From Candidatus Bathyarchaeota archaeon (lineage in GTDB: Archaea; Thermoproteota; Bathyarchaeia; Bathyarchaeales; Bathycorpusculaceae): a stretch of 64,000 nt of DNA. Shown here piece by piece: positions 20,678 through 31,876 of the stretch. The notes under the pieces are model-generated. The model saw only the letters and a program-made list of their open reading frames with translations, was not told where the DNA came from and did no database searches. Every line of letters begins with the position of its first letter. Positions within the stretch are counted from its first letter, which is position 1. The stretch is from contig CAVYES010000006.1 of NCBI GenBank assembly GCA_963767735.1, positions 64,001 through 128,000 on the forward strand. The letters are read 5' to 3'. The translations under genes were made by a program, and so were the position numbers.

Positions 20678-21151
20678 TTACTGCACGATTGAAGCATCAA
20701 TTATCGTTACATTTTCACGTGGTTTGTCATTTGCGCCTGTCTTTACGTTGGCTATCTTGTCGACAACGTCCATTCCCGACACAACTGTTCCGAAAACCGG
20801 ATGCTTCGTGTCAAGGAAATTGTTGTTGACTAGGTTGATGAAGAATTGGCTGCTTCCGGTGTTTGGACCTGCATTTGCCATAGCTGTTGTACCTCTCACA
20901 TTATGGTTGTCTTTGGTGAACTCGTCTTTAATGTTGGGAATAGATGAGTCTCCGTATCCTGTTCCAGTTGGGTCGCCGCCTTGTATCATAAAACCAGCGA
21001 TGACTCTGTGAAAGATTGTGCTGTTGTATGTTCCCTTCTGGACTAAGTTCTTAAAGTTGCCAGTGGTTATCGGCATATTAGTTTTTAATTCTATTGTTAT
21101 GTCACCCAGTGTGGTATGAAAAACTACTTTGGTTGGGGGTTGTGAACTCAT
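20678..21151 (-). CDS. Cyclophilin-type peptidyl-prolyl isomerase
   Basis: FHRVIAGFMIQGGDPTGTG, AMANAGPNTGSSQFFINL, HPVFG. Confidence 0.96.
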   Translation of the reverse strand: MSSQPPTKVVFHTTLGDITIELKTNMPITTGNFKNLVQKGTYNSTIFHRVIAGFMIQGGDPTGTGYGDSSIPNIKDEFTKDNHNVRGTTAMANAGPNTGSSQFFINLVNNNFLDTKHPVFGTVVSGMDVVDKIANVKTGANDKPRENVTIIDASIVQ

Positions 21152-21449
21152 CTTATAAACCTCAAAAACAAATATTCAGCACACCTATTATGCCTATTGC
21201 AAGCCACAAGCACTAATTCATTTCAAGTTAACCCGAGACCATGCCTCTGAAAAACCAAATTCTTCTCCGCCCAAAAAAACGGCAAAATTAGAAACAGAAG
21301 TGACCTATACTGCAGTTAATTTTGCAAATAAACGTTAAACTGCCCCAATTAAGCAAATGTACGGTGCAGCCCAATTTTTCTGAGAAAATACCCGTGCATG
21401 AGTTTATAAGAAATGTCGTTCTATTTATTGATGGTACGGTGTCATTAAA

Positions 21450-21701
21450 ATGAGAGATGAACTTCCATTTCCCGACAAAGTTTTGCAAACACTGCATAAC
21501 TTGTGCGCTACCGCTGCTGATTTGGCAAGAAGAGGCGACGACGTAGCTACTCTTATGCAGAAAGACCCAAACGAGATTGAGAGCATTCTGGATAGGTACA
21601 AGTCAGAGGGCTTCGCGGAAAGCTTTGTGGACAATGAAGGGAAAAAACGGTACTATCTTACTGGAAGAGGAATAATTAAGGTCTGCTCGCTTTTCACGTA
21701 G
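21450..21701 (+). CDS. Small winged-helix-like protein
   Basis: C-terminal KRYYLTGRG wing motif. Heads an operon with GT4 genes. Confidence 0.6.
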   Translation: MRDELPFPDKVLQTLHNLCATAADLARRGDDVATLMQKDPNEIESILDRYKSEGFAESFVDNEGKKRYYLTGRGIIKVCSLFT

Positions 21702-21708
21702 TGGAAGC

Positions 21709-22335
21709 ATGCATATCATTATTTTTTCATGGGAGTATCCACCAAGAGTCGTAGGCAAACTCTCCGAATACGTAAAAGCCTTATCGAGCCAACTCGCTAC
21801 CAATAACCTGGAAGTTAACGTTGTAACTTATGACGATTCGATAACCGGTTCAACCAAAGAACCCACGGGAGTACAAACAGTCAGAGTTTCAAACCCTGTG
21901 CGAACTCACATTGGAGTTTTAACCTGGGCTTTAACATTAAACCAAGAAGTTGAAAGAGCCGCAGCCAACATTTACTATCAAGCCAACAAACAAATTGACC
22001 TCATAGATGTTTACGACTGGCATTTTATTCCAGCAGCCGTAACTTTGAAAAACGGACTTGGCATACCGTTTATTTATTCCGTTGAAAGTTTGGAAGATCA
22101 TCGGTCTCAAGCTATAAATACGCCGTATAATATGGCGATTAAAAGTATCGAGTGGTTAGGTTTTTATGAGGCAGAAAAAATCAGTGTCAAATCAGAGTGG
22201 ATGCGTGACGAGGTCATTAGAATTTACAAGGTGCCTAAAGAAAAAATAGTTGTTATCTCCACAGCCTCAAATTTCTGGATAAAAGAAATCATTAAACTAT
22301 ACAATGACATGGCTGGAGGCTTAAAGAGCAAATGA
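21709..22335 (+). CDS. GT4 glycosyltransferase N-terminal (acceptor) domain-only protein
   Basis: SWEYPPRVVG and paralogy to the next gene, but it lacks the C-terminal EPFG nucleotide-sugar domain. Confidence 0.75.
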   Translation: MHIIIFSWEYPPRVVGKLSEYVKALSSQLATNNLEVNVVTYDDSITGSTKEPTGVQTVRVSNPVRTHIGVLTWALTLNQEVERAAANIYYQANKQIDLIDVYDWHFIPAAVTLKNGLGIPFIYSVESLEDHRSQAINTPYNMAIKSIEWLGFYEAEKISVKSEWMRDEVIRIYKVPKEKIVVISTASNFWIKEIIKLYNDMAGGLKSK

Positions 22336-23537
22336 AAGACGATTTAGCTGTAATGATGCTCAGCTGGGAGTTCCCCCCAAGAGTAATCGGAGGAATTTCA
22401 CCGCACGTTTACTTTTTATCAAAAAATTTGGCAAAGCAAGGCGTGAAGGTTTATGTGGTAACCTGCGATTTTCCAGATGCACCCTCGCATGAAGTAATTG
22501 ACGGCGTAGAAGTTTACCGTATTGACTCTTACAAGAATCCGGCGCCGGATTTTGCCACATGGGTTTACTTGATGAATTTGAATATGCAAAAGGAAACGGC
22601 GGCATTAACAAGAAAAATCGGAGGCAAAATAGATGTTTTTCACGCTCATGATTGGCTTGTGGCAAACGCCGGAATAGGACTTAAACACGTTTTCCGAAAG
22701 CCCCTTTTAGTAACCATGCATTCAACTGAAGTGGGCCGACGAGATGGATTGCACAGCAACACTGAAAAAATGATTCATGAAACTGAAGCATGGCTCACGT
22801 ATGAAGCGTGGAAGGTTATTTGCTGTAGTGAGTACATGATTTCACATGTTAAATGGGCTTTCGGTCTTCCAAATGACAAGTTAGTTATGGTTCCTAATGG
22901 CGTCAACACACGTTGCTACGCTGAGGTTGATGCAGATTTGAAGGATTTCCGAGCCAAGTTTGCTTTGCCGGAAGAAAAAATAGTGTTATTTGTGGGCAGG
23001 CTGGTTTACGAAAAAGGTATTCATATAATAGTTAACGCTGTTCCTAAGATTTTGGAGAAAGTTAACGCTAAATTCATAATTGTCGGCAGCGGTTACATGA
23101 AAGAGCAGCTGTCAAACATTGTCCGCAGCATGAAACTTGAGCATAAAGTTCTTTTTGAAGGCTTTCTGGATGAACAAACTTTGCTTAAACTTCAAAAATG
23201 CGCTGATGTGTCTGTTGTACCGTCGCTTTTTGAACCGTTCGGAATCGTCGCACTAGAAGCTATGGCAGCTAAAAGCCCAGTGGTAGCATCTGACACTGGT
23301 GGTTTGTCGGAAATCATCGAGCATGACGTAACAGGGGTTAAAGTTTTTCCAAACAACCCTGACTCTTTAGCGTGGGGAGTAACAAAGGTTTTGCTTGACG
23401 AAAACTACCGAACACGCATAAGAGAAAACGCCTATAGAAAAGTTCTAGAAAAATATGATTGGGAAAAAATCGCTCAGAAAACCAAGCTTATATACGAAGG
23501 CGTTTTAGGCGAATATTCAAAGAGTTTTTGGGCTTAA
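22332..23537 (+). CDS. GT4 glycosyltransferase (glycogen synthase-like)
   Basis: WEFPPRVIGG, HAHDW, HSTE, GRLVYEKG, EPFGIVALEAMA. Confidence 0.9.
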   Translation: MKDDLAVMMLSWEFPPRVIGGISPHVYFLSKNLAKQGVKVYVVTCDFPDAPSHEVIDGVEVYRIDSYKNPAPDFATWVYLMNLNMQKETAALTRKIGGKIDVFHAHDWLVANAGIGLKHVFRKPLLVTMHSTEVGRRDGLHSNTEKMIHETEAWLTYEAWKVICCSEYMISHVKWAFGLPNDKLVMVPNGVNTRCYAEVDADLKDFRAKFALPEEKIVLFVGRLVYEKGIHIIVNAVPKILEKVNAKFIIVGSGYMKEQLSNIVRSMKLEHKVLFEGFLDEQTLLKLQKCADVSVVPSLFEPFGIVALEAMAAKSPVVASDTGGLSEIIEHDVTGVKVFPNNPDSLAWGVTKVLLDENYRTRIRENAYRKVLEKYDWEKIAQKTKLIYEGVLGEYSKSFWA

Positions 23538-23591
23538 TTGCCCTATAAGCGAGACTTTACCTTTTTTGCAATAAAAAAACTTGACCTCAAG

Positions 23592-24950
23592 TTATTTTCC
23601 AATCACTCGCACATTTTCAACTTGAATCCATGGAGAAATCAATTGTCCCATCTGCCGTTCGTTGCTTCCGACCAAACTTACATTTTTGAGCACCTCAAAA
23701 ATGTTGCCTGCCAACATTACGCCTCGACTGCAGTGGACTATTTCGCCTTTCCTTATTTTCCAAGCTGGTGTGGCAACAACTGAGAATTCGCCGCTGACTG
23801 GATTGCTGCTGTGTGCGCCTTGTAGGTAATAAATTATTAAGCCGTCATCCACTTCGCTTAGCATTTGTTCGCCTGTTTTGTTTCCCGGTATAACGTGGAA
23901 GTTTGTAGTGTCGATGCTGGGTGTTGAAAGGTAACCTGCTCTTGCCGCGTTTCCTGTGCTCTCTTTTCCTTCTTTTTTTGCCGAATAGTTATCGTAGAGG
24001 AAATTTTGTAAAACCCCTTTTTCTATGACCGGTGTTTTCTGATGAGGCACCCCTTCGCCGTCGAAAGCCATCGTGCGGAGACCGCCAGGGAATAAGCCGT
24101 CGTCGTAAATTGTAAGGTTTTCCGAAGCGACTATTTCTCCGATTTTCCCTTTAAACGGCGATTGATTCCTCTGAACACTATCGGCTCTAACCGCGTTAAC
24201 TAGCGTGTAAGCGAAGAGGTCTTGCAAAGCAAACTGCGTCAGGATGAGCTTGGTGGATTTGGTTTCGACTGACTTGGTTTTTAACGCTGAAACTGCCAGT
24301 TTCGCTGCTTCTTTTCCCACCCATGCTGGATCAATATCGTAATTTCTTGAAGCGTTGAATTCAAAACAAACAGGCGTGACTGCATTGCCTTCCTTAGCCA
24401 ACGTCGCTAAACTGCATTCAATTACCGTTCCCCTGTCAAAACCAGAGATTCCGTTTGAGTTGGCGATGGCGTTGGAAATATAAGCGCTTCCTATGCCGCC
24501 TTCAATGGGAAAAGCGCGTTTATCAACTTGTCCCGCGGAGTCTAGCATGGTTGAGGCGAGGTTAACTAGCTCTTCTGAGCTGAGCTCAATAATTTTATCA
24601 TCAAAAACTTTTTCCAATGGTGCGTAAGGTTTCTTTTGGGGAAGTCCATTCCAGTCTGGGTCAGGTTTGCTTGCCTTTGCAGAGTCTAAAGCTCTAAGAA
24701 TCACGTTTTCAACCACTTTTTGGTCATCGAGGATGTTTGTGTAAGCAAAACCTACTGCTTTATTAGCGGCCACGCGGATGCCTACGCCTCGGTCAATTAT
24801 CCTGTTGGTTTTGCTGATTTGCCCCAGTTCAATGCCAATGTTTGTTGCTTGCCCCTCGTAAACGTACGCTTCAGCTTCGGAGGCTCCACTTTTTAGGGCT
24901 TCATTCACCGCGTTTTCGGCTAAACTTATCATTGTGTCTTTTTTAAGCAC
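23592..24950 (-). CDS. pmbA: PmbA/TldE family protein
   Basis: FDGEGVP, STGNAAR, SGEFSV and no HExxxH. Follows tldD. Start uncertain (24932-24962). Confidence 0.88.
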   Translation of the reverse strand: MLKKDTMISLAENAVNEALKSGASEAEAYVYEGQATNIGIELGQISKTNRIIDRGVGIRVAANKAVGFAYTNILDDQKVVENVILRALDSAKASKPDPDWNGLPQKKPYAPLEKVFDDKIIELSSEELVNLASTMLDSAGQVDKRAFPIEGGIGSAYISNAIANSNGISGFDRGTVIECSLATLAKEGNAVTPVCFEFNASRNYDIDPAWVGKEAAKLAVSALKTKSVETKSTKLILTQFALQDLFAYTLVNAVRADSVQRNQSPFKGKIGEIVASENLTIYDDGLFPGGLRTMAFDGEGVPHQKTPVIEKGVLQNFLYDNYSAKKEGKESTGNAARAGYLSTPSIDTTNFHVIPGNKTGEQMLSEVDDGLIIYYLQGAHSSNPVSGEFSVVATPAWKIRKGEIVHCSRGVMLAGNIFEVLKNVSLVGSNERQMGQLISPWIQVENVRVIGK

Positions 24951-26328
24951 TGCCACCAACAATCACCCCATTAACTCTAATGTGCGGTCCACCATCAGAA
25001 ATGAAGGCTGTTTGGCCTTTTCCGCACCTTCCCGTGTCTAACATGAAATCTTTCCCCACGGCATCAATCTTATGCAAGGTTTCAAGAGTATTGCCGCTTA
25101 TTGATGCGTCGCGAACTGGTGCGCCTATTTCTCCATTGACTATTTCGTAGCCTTCTTGGATGCCCACCTGGAAAGTGCCGTCAAGGTTAGCTTGCCCACC
25201 CCTAAAACTCTTAAAGTAATATCCTTGCTTCACTTTTTCGATTAATTCTTCAAAAGAATGGTCTCTCGGCTCCATGTAAGTGCAACGCATGCGGATGATT
25301 GGTTCAACACGGAAATCTTCCGCCCTCGCATTACCCGTTGGTTCAGCCTTGAATTTTTGCGCTGTTTCCCGGTTATGCATCAAACCAGCGACCACTCCAT
25401 CTTTTATCAGCGTTGTTTTTTGGGTTTGGACTCCTTCATCGTCATATTTGAAAGCGCCGAAAGATCCCTCGATTGTGCCATCATCATAAAACGTTACCAA
25501 GTCTGAACCGATTTTTTTCCCCATGTTGCTTGCTAAAACACCGCCTGAAAGAGCCAAGTCAGCTTCAGCTAAATGCCCAAATGCTTCGTGAACAAAAACT
25601 CCCACCACGTTTGGACCTAAAACAACTGGGAATGTTCCTCCTTTAAGTGATTTAGCAGTTAACTGTTCTATCGCGCGTTTTGCAACTTTTTCGCCTAAAA
25701 CCTCGGGAGCTTGCTGGTCGAATATTTCGTAGCCTGCTGTAGACCCTATTTCTTCACGGCTAAAAGTGAAGACGCCCTCGTTTAAGGCTGAAGCAGTTAT
25801 CCTTGCCCAAACATACAGTTTATCCTGCTCAATGTTTGAGCCATCGCTGTTCACAAAATAGCTGGTTCCCGTCAAATCAAAATAATCTACCGTGCAACTC
25901 CTCACTCGCTTATCAAAGCTCAAGCTCGTCTTGTTTACAGTCAAAGCAGTTTTAATTTTATCCTCCATCAAAACATCTGACGGGTTCTTTTTCGGTTTTG
26001 CTTCAACGCGGTCATTAACCACTTTAGCTTGCGCAAGCTTAATCGGAGTTTTCAATCGTGAACTAGCCATTTTAGCCATTCTACACGCGTCAGAAACCGC
26101 ATTCTCCAAAATTTCGCTGTCAAACGAGCCCGCAGAAGCAAAGCCCCACGCACCATTCACGAGCACACGCAAGGCAACGCCATTTTCAATGCCCTGCTTC
26201 GCTGCTTCTACGCGCTCTTCTTTGAGGGTGAGCATTGTTTTGTAGAGTTTTTGTGCTCGGGCTTCGGCATATTGGGCTCCGTACTTTTGGGTGGCTGTAT
26301 TATTGATTTTAGTCAGAAGATCTTTCAC
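24943..26328 (-). CDS. tldD: TldD family metalloprotease
   Basis: [29 protein letters not shown]. Confidence 0.92.
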   Translation of the reverse strand: MKDLLTKINNTATQKYGAQYAEARAQKLYKTMLTLKEERVEAAKQGIENGVALRVLVNGAWGFASAGSFDSEILENAVSDACRMAKMASSRLKTPIKLAQAKVVNDRVEAKPKKNPSDVLMEDKIKTALTVNKTSLSFDKRVRSCTVDYFDLTGTSYFVNSDGSNIEQDKLYVWARITASALNEGVFTFSREEIGSTAGYEIFDQQAPEVLGEKVAKRAIEQLTAKSLKGGTFPVVLGPNVVGVFVHEAFGHLAEADLALSGGVLASNMGKKIGSDLVTFYDDGTIEGSFGAFKYDDEGVQTQKTTLIKDGVVAGLMHNRETAQKFKAEPTGNARAEDFRVEPIIRMRCTYMEPRDHSFEELIEKVKQGYYFKSFRGGQANLDGTFQVGIQEGYEIVNGEIGAPVRDASISGNTLETLHKIDAVGKDFMLDTGRCGKGQTAFISDGGPHIRVNGVIVGGSA

Positions 26329-26429
26329 GAGTATCTATCCTTTGTATAGCTAAACGTTTAACTAGAATATTTGAGGGAATTAAATCATTTCGCTTCAAAA
26401 TCCTTGATAGCTACTTGCTTGGAATTTTC

Positions 26430-27721
26430 CTACCAAAAATCGCCGATGTTTAACTGCTTAACAGTTCCACGTGGCGGCTTAGGTTTAACTGCTGGAGCCT
26501 CAACACCTAAAACAAGCTGGCCATACACGCCATCGTACCCAGGAGTGACCTTAGCAGTGCCATTTCTTACTTTAATGATGGCTTCAGCAATCGGAGCATC
26601 CACCACTTTCACCAACGCTTCCAGTGGCGTGTCAATGAGCACCGTGTATTCATTCCCGAATTTTTCAACCAGCAAACTATAGTTTTTCCAAACCGCCTGC
26701 GTCGAAGGCGAATCAGTGCCAAGCACCGCCGCTATTATTTCGGATAGTGGAAGCAACCGCAAAAACCCTGGCACGCCTTCCTGTTTGAAGTTTACGGGTC
26801 GATCTGCTAGTTCTTCAACACGCTGCTCTACGCCTTTAGTGAGTTTTCTACGGCAAACTGGGCAAATATTGTTGAATTTTATGGCTTCTTGGGGTGAGAG
26901 GGATACTTTGCAGTTGCGGTGTCCCGTCCAATGGTACTTGCCATAGGCGGGGTCAACTTGAATGGTGAACTTGAATCTTGTTGGATCATTGCTTTTTATT
27001 GCGTCCGTAACTTCTTGATAAGTGAATTTTTCGAGTTCGAAAACGTTGGCTTCTCTGCCGATTCGCCATGGCCAAAAACTGTGGCAGTCGCTGTTGGAAA
27101 GAAGTGCGAATCTGTCAAGCTTGCTGAGGCGCCAGTTCATTGGTGAATCGCTGCTTAAACCAGTTTCTAATGCGTGAATATGCTTTGTCATGTCCTGGTA
27201 GCAGTCTTCCATGTTGTCAAAGCCGCTGAAGGCTCCGAAAACGCTAAACCACGGGGTCCAAGCGTGCGCTGGAAAAATCATGTTGCCGCTTGAAATAGCC
27301 ATAACTTGCTCGACAAGTTGTGGAGCAGTCATGTTTAGGATGGGTCTGCCGTCCGAGGATAAATCGCCAAAGCGTTTAAGCGCCTCATTAATCTGAGTAG
27401 CGGTCTCCATGCTCGGCGTCAGAATCACGTGGTGAACTTTTTTGGATTCACCCTTATACTCAAAGATAGTGCAAACTTCAGTCGTGAGCATAAAACGAAC
27501 TGGGGAATCCGTATTGCCCGTCAACTTGAAGAGACCCGTATCTGGTTCAGGCGTTAAGGTTTCTTTGATTTCCTTGAGCCATTCTGGATGGGTAAAGTCG
27601 CCTGTGCCAACCAATTTAACCCTTTAATTTTTGAGTAGCGAGCGATTTCAGTTATGCACATTTGCTCGCTTGTTGCCCGACTGTAACGCCCATGAATATG
27701 TAGGTCAGCTATGACTTTCAA
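26430..27721 (-). CDS. PHP-domain endonuclease Q-family protein with Zn finger; 1-nt frameshift near 27615-27620
   Basis: The N-terminus KVIADLHIHGRYSRATS (TTG 27721) is out of frame with VGTGDFTHP. Also PAHAWTP, SNSDCHS, GKYHWTGHRNC, CPVC. Confidence 0.85.
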
Positions 27722-27805
27722 AGTTAGCGCCTAATCCCTAACGTGCCCTTTATCCATTTTAAGGCTTCGCAAAGTCAGCGCTAAAACAGCAAACGCTAAT
27801 CAGCT

Positions 27806-28373
27806 TTACTGTGGCTTGCAGTTTAGCTGATTAGTCCATGTTACCAGCGCTTCAATGAGTTGCTTGATAAGGGTTCTTGTCTGTTCATTGGTTACTTTGC
27901 CGTTGGCATCCACGTTGTCGCGCGGCAGAGGACAGCATGACTTCAGGCTGTTAACTGGGTGCATATTAAGAAAAACAAAACGATTGACGCAGATGATATT
28001 GCGCTCTGGCTCCGCCGAGCCTCCCAGTTGATGCACTCATGATGGCGACTGATTTACCTTGAAGCGGGTTATCCTTGATATGGTCTCGAAGCCCAGTCAA
28101 TCGCGTTTTTTAAAACCCCCGGGATTGAAAAGTTATATTCAGGCGTGGCAATCAACAGTGCATCTGCCGCTCTGATTTTTTCTTTAAACTCAATAACTTT
28201 TGCGGAGGATTGTTTTCAAGGTCTTGATTGAACGGTGGAATGCCCTCTAAATCGAAAACTTCCATTGCAACATTTTCTGGCGCAACTTCTACAGCTGCGC
28301 GGACCAAGGCTTTGTTGTATGAGCCTTTTCTTAGGCTTCCAGCGAAAGCAAGAATTTTGAATTGTTTTTCCAT
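27806..28373 (-). pseudogene. NADPH-dependent FMN reductase (flavodoxin-like), multiple frameshifts
   Basis: AGSLRKGSYN, then [23 protein letters not shown] in another frame, then FVFLNMHP in a further frame. Confidence 0.8.
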
Positions 28374-28544
28374 AGAAATCACCAGTTTCTACGCATAGTA
28401 ACAATAAGCAATAAGCGGATTTAAGCTAGCCCTTGCTAGTTTTGAAAATCTTAGGGTCGCAAACACTAGAACACGCTCCTTTCTACTTTAAAACCGAGAT
28501 TTATTACCATATTCTTTTAAAGTTCCTTAAAGTAGGTTAGTTTT

Positions 28545-28945
28545 ATGCATGAGTGGGCTTTGGCTGAAGCAATCCTTAACATCGGCAAAGGAGATTGCTG
28601 AGAAGGAGAAGTTGAAGGAAGTTACAGAGGTCACCATTAGGGTCGGTGAGCTTCAGCAAGTTGAGCCGGGCATTTTGCGTTTTGCTATTTCGCAGATGAA
28701 GCCGCTGATTTTTAAGAACACTAAATTCCACATTTTAAAAGCCAAAACAACGCTTAAGTGCAGAGTTTGCGGAACCACATGGCAGTTTAACCTTAAGAAA
28801 ACTTGATAAAACCACTGCTGAAGCTATCCATTTTGTTCCTGAGGTAGCTCACACTTACGTTAAGTGTCCTAAATGCGGCAGTCCTGACTTTGAAATCGTC
28901 AATGGACGTGGCGTTTGGCTTGAGAACATAAAAGGAGCCAAATAA
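28545..28945 (+). CDS. hypA: Hydrogenase nickel chaperone HypA (long archaeal type), two apparent frameshifts (~28576, ~28800)
   Basis: MHEWALA start, GELQQV, CRVCG, then HFVPE...CPKCGSPDFEIVNGRGV in a shifted frame. The stop overlaps the next ATG. Confidence 0.88.
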
Positions 28946-29694
28946 TGGTGGTTGACCCGCGGACAAGCGTAATTAACACGCGTTTAAGCCGAATAAGCCG
29001 AATTATCGCCGTTTCAAGCGGCAAAGGCGGCGTTGGAAAAAGCATGGTTGCAACCACACTCGCCTTAACTCTGGCGCAGAACGGCTGCAAAGTCGGGTTA
29101 TTCGACTTAGACTTCACCAGCCCATCAACCCACATAATCCTCGGCGCCCAAAACGTGCAGCCGAAAGAGGAAAAAGGCTTAATTCCGCCAACAGTTGACG
29201 GCTTAGAATATATGTCGCTTGTTTACTTCGTCGGCGACAACCCCGCGCCCCTGCGTGGAGCAGATGTTTCAAACGCTTTAATCGAGCTTTTAGCAGTGAC
29301 CCAGTGGGGTGCGCTTGATTTTTTGGTAATTGATATGCCCCCAGGTATCGGTGACGTAATTCTTGATGTGGTTCGACTGGTTGAACGTATAGAGTTTCTT
29401 ATTGTTACTACGCCTTCACTTTTAGCTTTTGAAACCGTTAAGAAACAGGTGGCTCTTCTTTGCGAATTAAAAATGTCGATAGTCGGGGTTATCGAAAACA
29501 TGAAAATGGACAAGGCAGAGGGCATCGCGGTGGAAACGGAAAAGTTGGGGCTGAAGTATCTTGGCGCAATTCCGTTTGACTCACAGGTAGAAGATGCGAT
29601 TGGCAACGAAGCAAAGCTGCTCACTACGGCAATTGGCACAAAACTTCAACAAATAACAAAAAGCACAATCTTAGCAGAAAAGAGAGAGCAGTAA
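28945..29694 (+). CDS. Mrp/NBP35-family ATPase (ATPase-type HypB-like given the hypA context)
   Basis: SGKGGVGKS, DLDF, DMPPGIGD, VIENM. Translationally coupled to hypA. Confidence 0.88.
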   Translation: MVVDPRTSVINTRLSRISRIIAVSSGKGGVGKSMVATTLALTLAQNGCKVGLFDLDFTSPSTHIILGAQNVQPKEEKGLIPPTVDGLEYMSLVYFVGDNPAPLRGADVSNALIELLAVTQWGALDFLVIDMPPGIGDVILDVVRLVERIEFLIVTTPSLLAFETVKKQVALLCELKMSIVGVIENMKMDKAEGIAVETEKLGLKYLGAIPFDSQVEDAIGNEAKLLTTAIGTKLQQITKSTILAEKREQ

Positions 29695-29696
29695 AG

Positions 29697-30437
29697 ATGG
29701 CTTGCCTTAAAGCAGTAATATTCGATTACGTCGGAACTCTTGTTAACTGCAGAGGTTACAGTATGGAAGCTTCAAGGCTGAAACTTTACAGGGCGTTGGT
29801 GAGTGAGGGCTTCGATGTTACTGAAGATAGGTTCGTTCAGGCTTACATTGTGGCCCATGAGAAATACCGCAAGGTACGCTATGAACAGCTAAGAGAAGTA
29901 ACTAACGCAGTCTGGGTAGCTGAAGCGCTCCGTAGCCTCGGGTTTCAGGCGAACCCTGACGATTGCCGAGTCAAAGCTGCTCTCAACGTTTTCTTCCAAG
30001 ACTTCATAGATTCACTTGAGCTGCGGGATGGCGCGAAAAAACTACTCAAAAAAGCACAAGCCAACTGCAAAGTCGGCTTAATCACAAACTTCACCTACGC
30101 CCCAGTCATCTACAAAAGCCTACCATACTTGGAAATAAACGCGTTCTTCAACACAGTTGTTGTTTCAGAAGAGAACGGCTGGCGCAAACCATGCAGCCAA
30201 ATATTCCAAGACGCCCTCAAAAAACTCCAAGTCCAACCCAACGAAGCAATTTACATCGGCGACAGCCCAATCGAAGACATCAAAGGCGCCAAAGAAGCAG
30301 GACTAAAAACGGTATTTGTACCCTCACAATTCAACAGCATAGAAACCCTCGCTGAAAGCCAACAAAAACCAGACTATACAGCCAAAGACCTCAAAGACAT
30401 CTCCAAAAAACTAAAGAGCTTAATCTGTGTTCACTGA
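29697..30437 (+). CDS. HAD-superfamily hydrolase
   Basis: IFDYVGTL, ITN, RKP, IGDSPIEDIKGA. Confidence 0.9.
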   Translation: MACLKAVIFDYVGTLVNCRGYSMEASRLKLYRALVSEGFDVTEDRFVQAYIVAHEKYRKVRYEQLREVTNAVWVAEALRSLGFQANPDDCRVKAALNVFFQDFIDSLELRDGAKKLLKKAQANCKVGLITNFTYAPVIYKSLPYLEINAFFNTVVVSEENGWRKPCSQIFQDALKKLQVQPNEAIYIGDSPIEDIKGAKEAGLKTVFVPSQFNSIETLAESQQKPDYTAKDLKDISKKLKSLICVH

Positions 30438-30574
30438 AAACCCGATTCAAGCGCTAAAACAAAAAGCAACCCAAAACAAACCCTAACCGAAGCCGCTTAC
30501 CTATAGACCTGCCCTGATTTTTGTGTCAAAAAACAACCACAAAAATGCAACAAAAAAAGAGAATAATAAAGAAT

Positions 30575-31807
30575 TTAGATTTTCTTTGTCTTAGTAGCTG
30601 TTTCTAGTGCTACAACGCCCGGCAGTTTTTTGCCCATGAGGAATTCTATGAGTGCTCCGCCTGCTGTGCTTATGTAGCCGATTTTTTTGCTTAAACCGTA
30701 TTCCTGTATAGCTGAGATGGTGTTTCCGCCGCCTGCTAAGCTGAAGGCTTTGCTGTTTGCGATGGCTTCAAAGACGCCTTTGGTGCCGTAGTTGAATTCT
30801 TTGTTCTCGTAAACTCCCATGGGACCTGAGACAACGATGGATTTGGCTTTGCTGATGAGGGCAGCGAATTCGTCAACAGTTTTCTTTCCAATGTCGAATA
30901 TGCTATATTCAGTTGGCAGTTTACTGACAGGAATTTCTTTGCGTTTGCCAGCCACATCTAACGCGACATCAGAGGGCAAAATTGTTTTGTCAGGGTACTT
31001 TGAGAGAAGCGCTTTTATGCCGGGCACAAACTGCATCAGCTCCTTCTTAGCGAGAAAATCCATGGTTTTCTTGCCTAAGTCGACACCTTTGGCTGCGAGG
31101 AAAAGCTGCGAAGTGACGCCACCGACAAGAACGTAGTCTGCTATGCCGTTATCCAAAACGTACTTTGAGATTTCAAGTGCGTCGTCTGCTTTGGCTCCCC
31201 CCATAACGTAGACGCATGGGTGCTCGGGTTTCTCAAGGGCTTTGCTCAGTGATTTGAGTTCGCGCTCCATTATTCTGCCTGCTGCTGAAGGCAAAACGGC
31301 TGTAAAGCCAACCATTGAAGCGTGTGCACGGTGTGCAGCGGCGAAAGCATCGTTAACAAACAAGTCTGCGAGTGGTGCGAGGTTTTGGACAAGTTCAGTT
31401 TTGCTTTGCTGCTCCGGTGTGCCGCTTTTGGTTTCTCCATCCCACGAACGTACGTTTTCAAGAACTAAGATTTCTCCGCCCTGCAAGTTCTTAATGGCTG
31501 CTTTTGCTTTTTCTCCAAAGAGGTCGTCGACATATTTTACTGGGCACTTTAGGATGTTGCCTAGAATTTCTGTGTGTTGTTTGAGCGTGGTGTAGTCTGG
31601 GTCTCCTTTGCGTCCCTGATGCGCCAGGACAACGGTTTTTGCTCCTTTTTCAGCCAGCTCCTTTAGGGTCGTTTCAGCGTGTGCTCTTATGCGTACGTCG
31701 CTTGTTACTTTCTTGGTTGCGGGATCTATTTCTGAGTTGAAATCTACTCGGACAAGGACAACTTTGTTTTTTACATCAAAATCATCCAAAGTTTTGTATT
31801 TCGCCAT
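30575..31807 (-). CDS. pgk: Phosphoglycerate kinase (archaeal type)
   Basis: RVDFNS, AHQGR, LENVR, NDAFAAAHR, GGAKADD, STAGGA. Confidence 0.95.
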   Translation of the reverse strand: MAKYKTLDDFDVKNKVVLVRVDFNSEIDPATKKVTSDVRIRAHAETTLKELAEKGAKTVVLAHQGRKGDPDYTTLKQHTEILGNILKCPVKYVDDLFGEKAKAAIKNLQGGEILVLENVRSWDGETKSGTPEQQSKTELVQNLAPLADLFVNDAFAAAHRAHASMVGFTAVLPSAAGRIMERELKSLSKALEKPEHPCVYVMGGAKADDALEISKYVLDNGIADYVLVGGVTSQLFLAAKGVDLGKKTMDFLAKKELMQFVPGIKALLSKYPDKTILPSDVALDVAGKRKEIPVSKLPTEYSIFDIGKKTVDEFAALISKAKSIVVSGPMGVYENKEFNYGTKGVFEAIANSKAFSLAGGGNTISAIQEYGLSKKIGYISTAGGALIEFLMGKKLPGVVALETATKTKKI

Positions 31808-31876
31808 GTTACTCACTTCTTTCTGTTTAATTAAAAAAGAAAAAGATAGGAAGGATTTAAGTTTGTTTGCTTGTGC

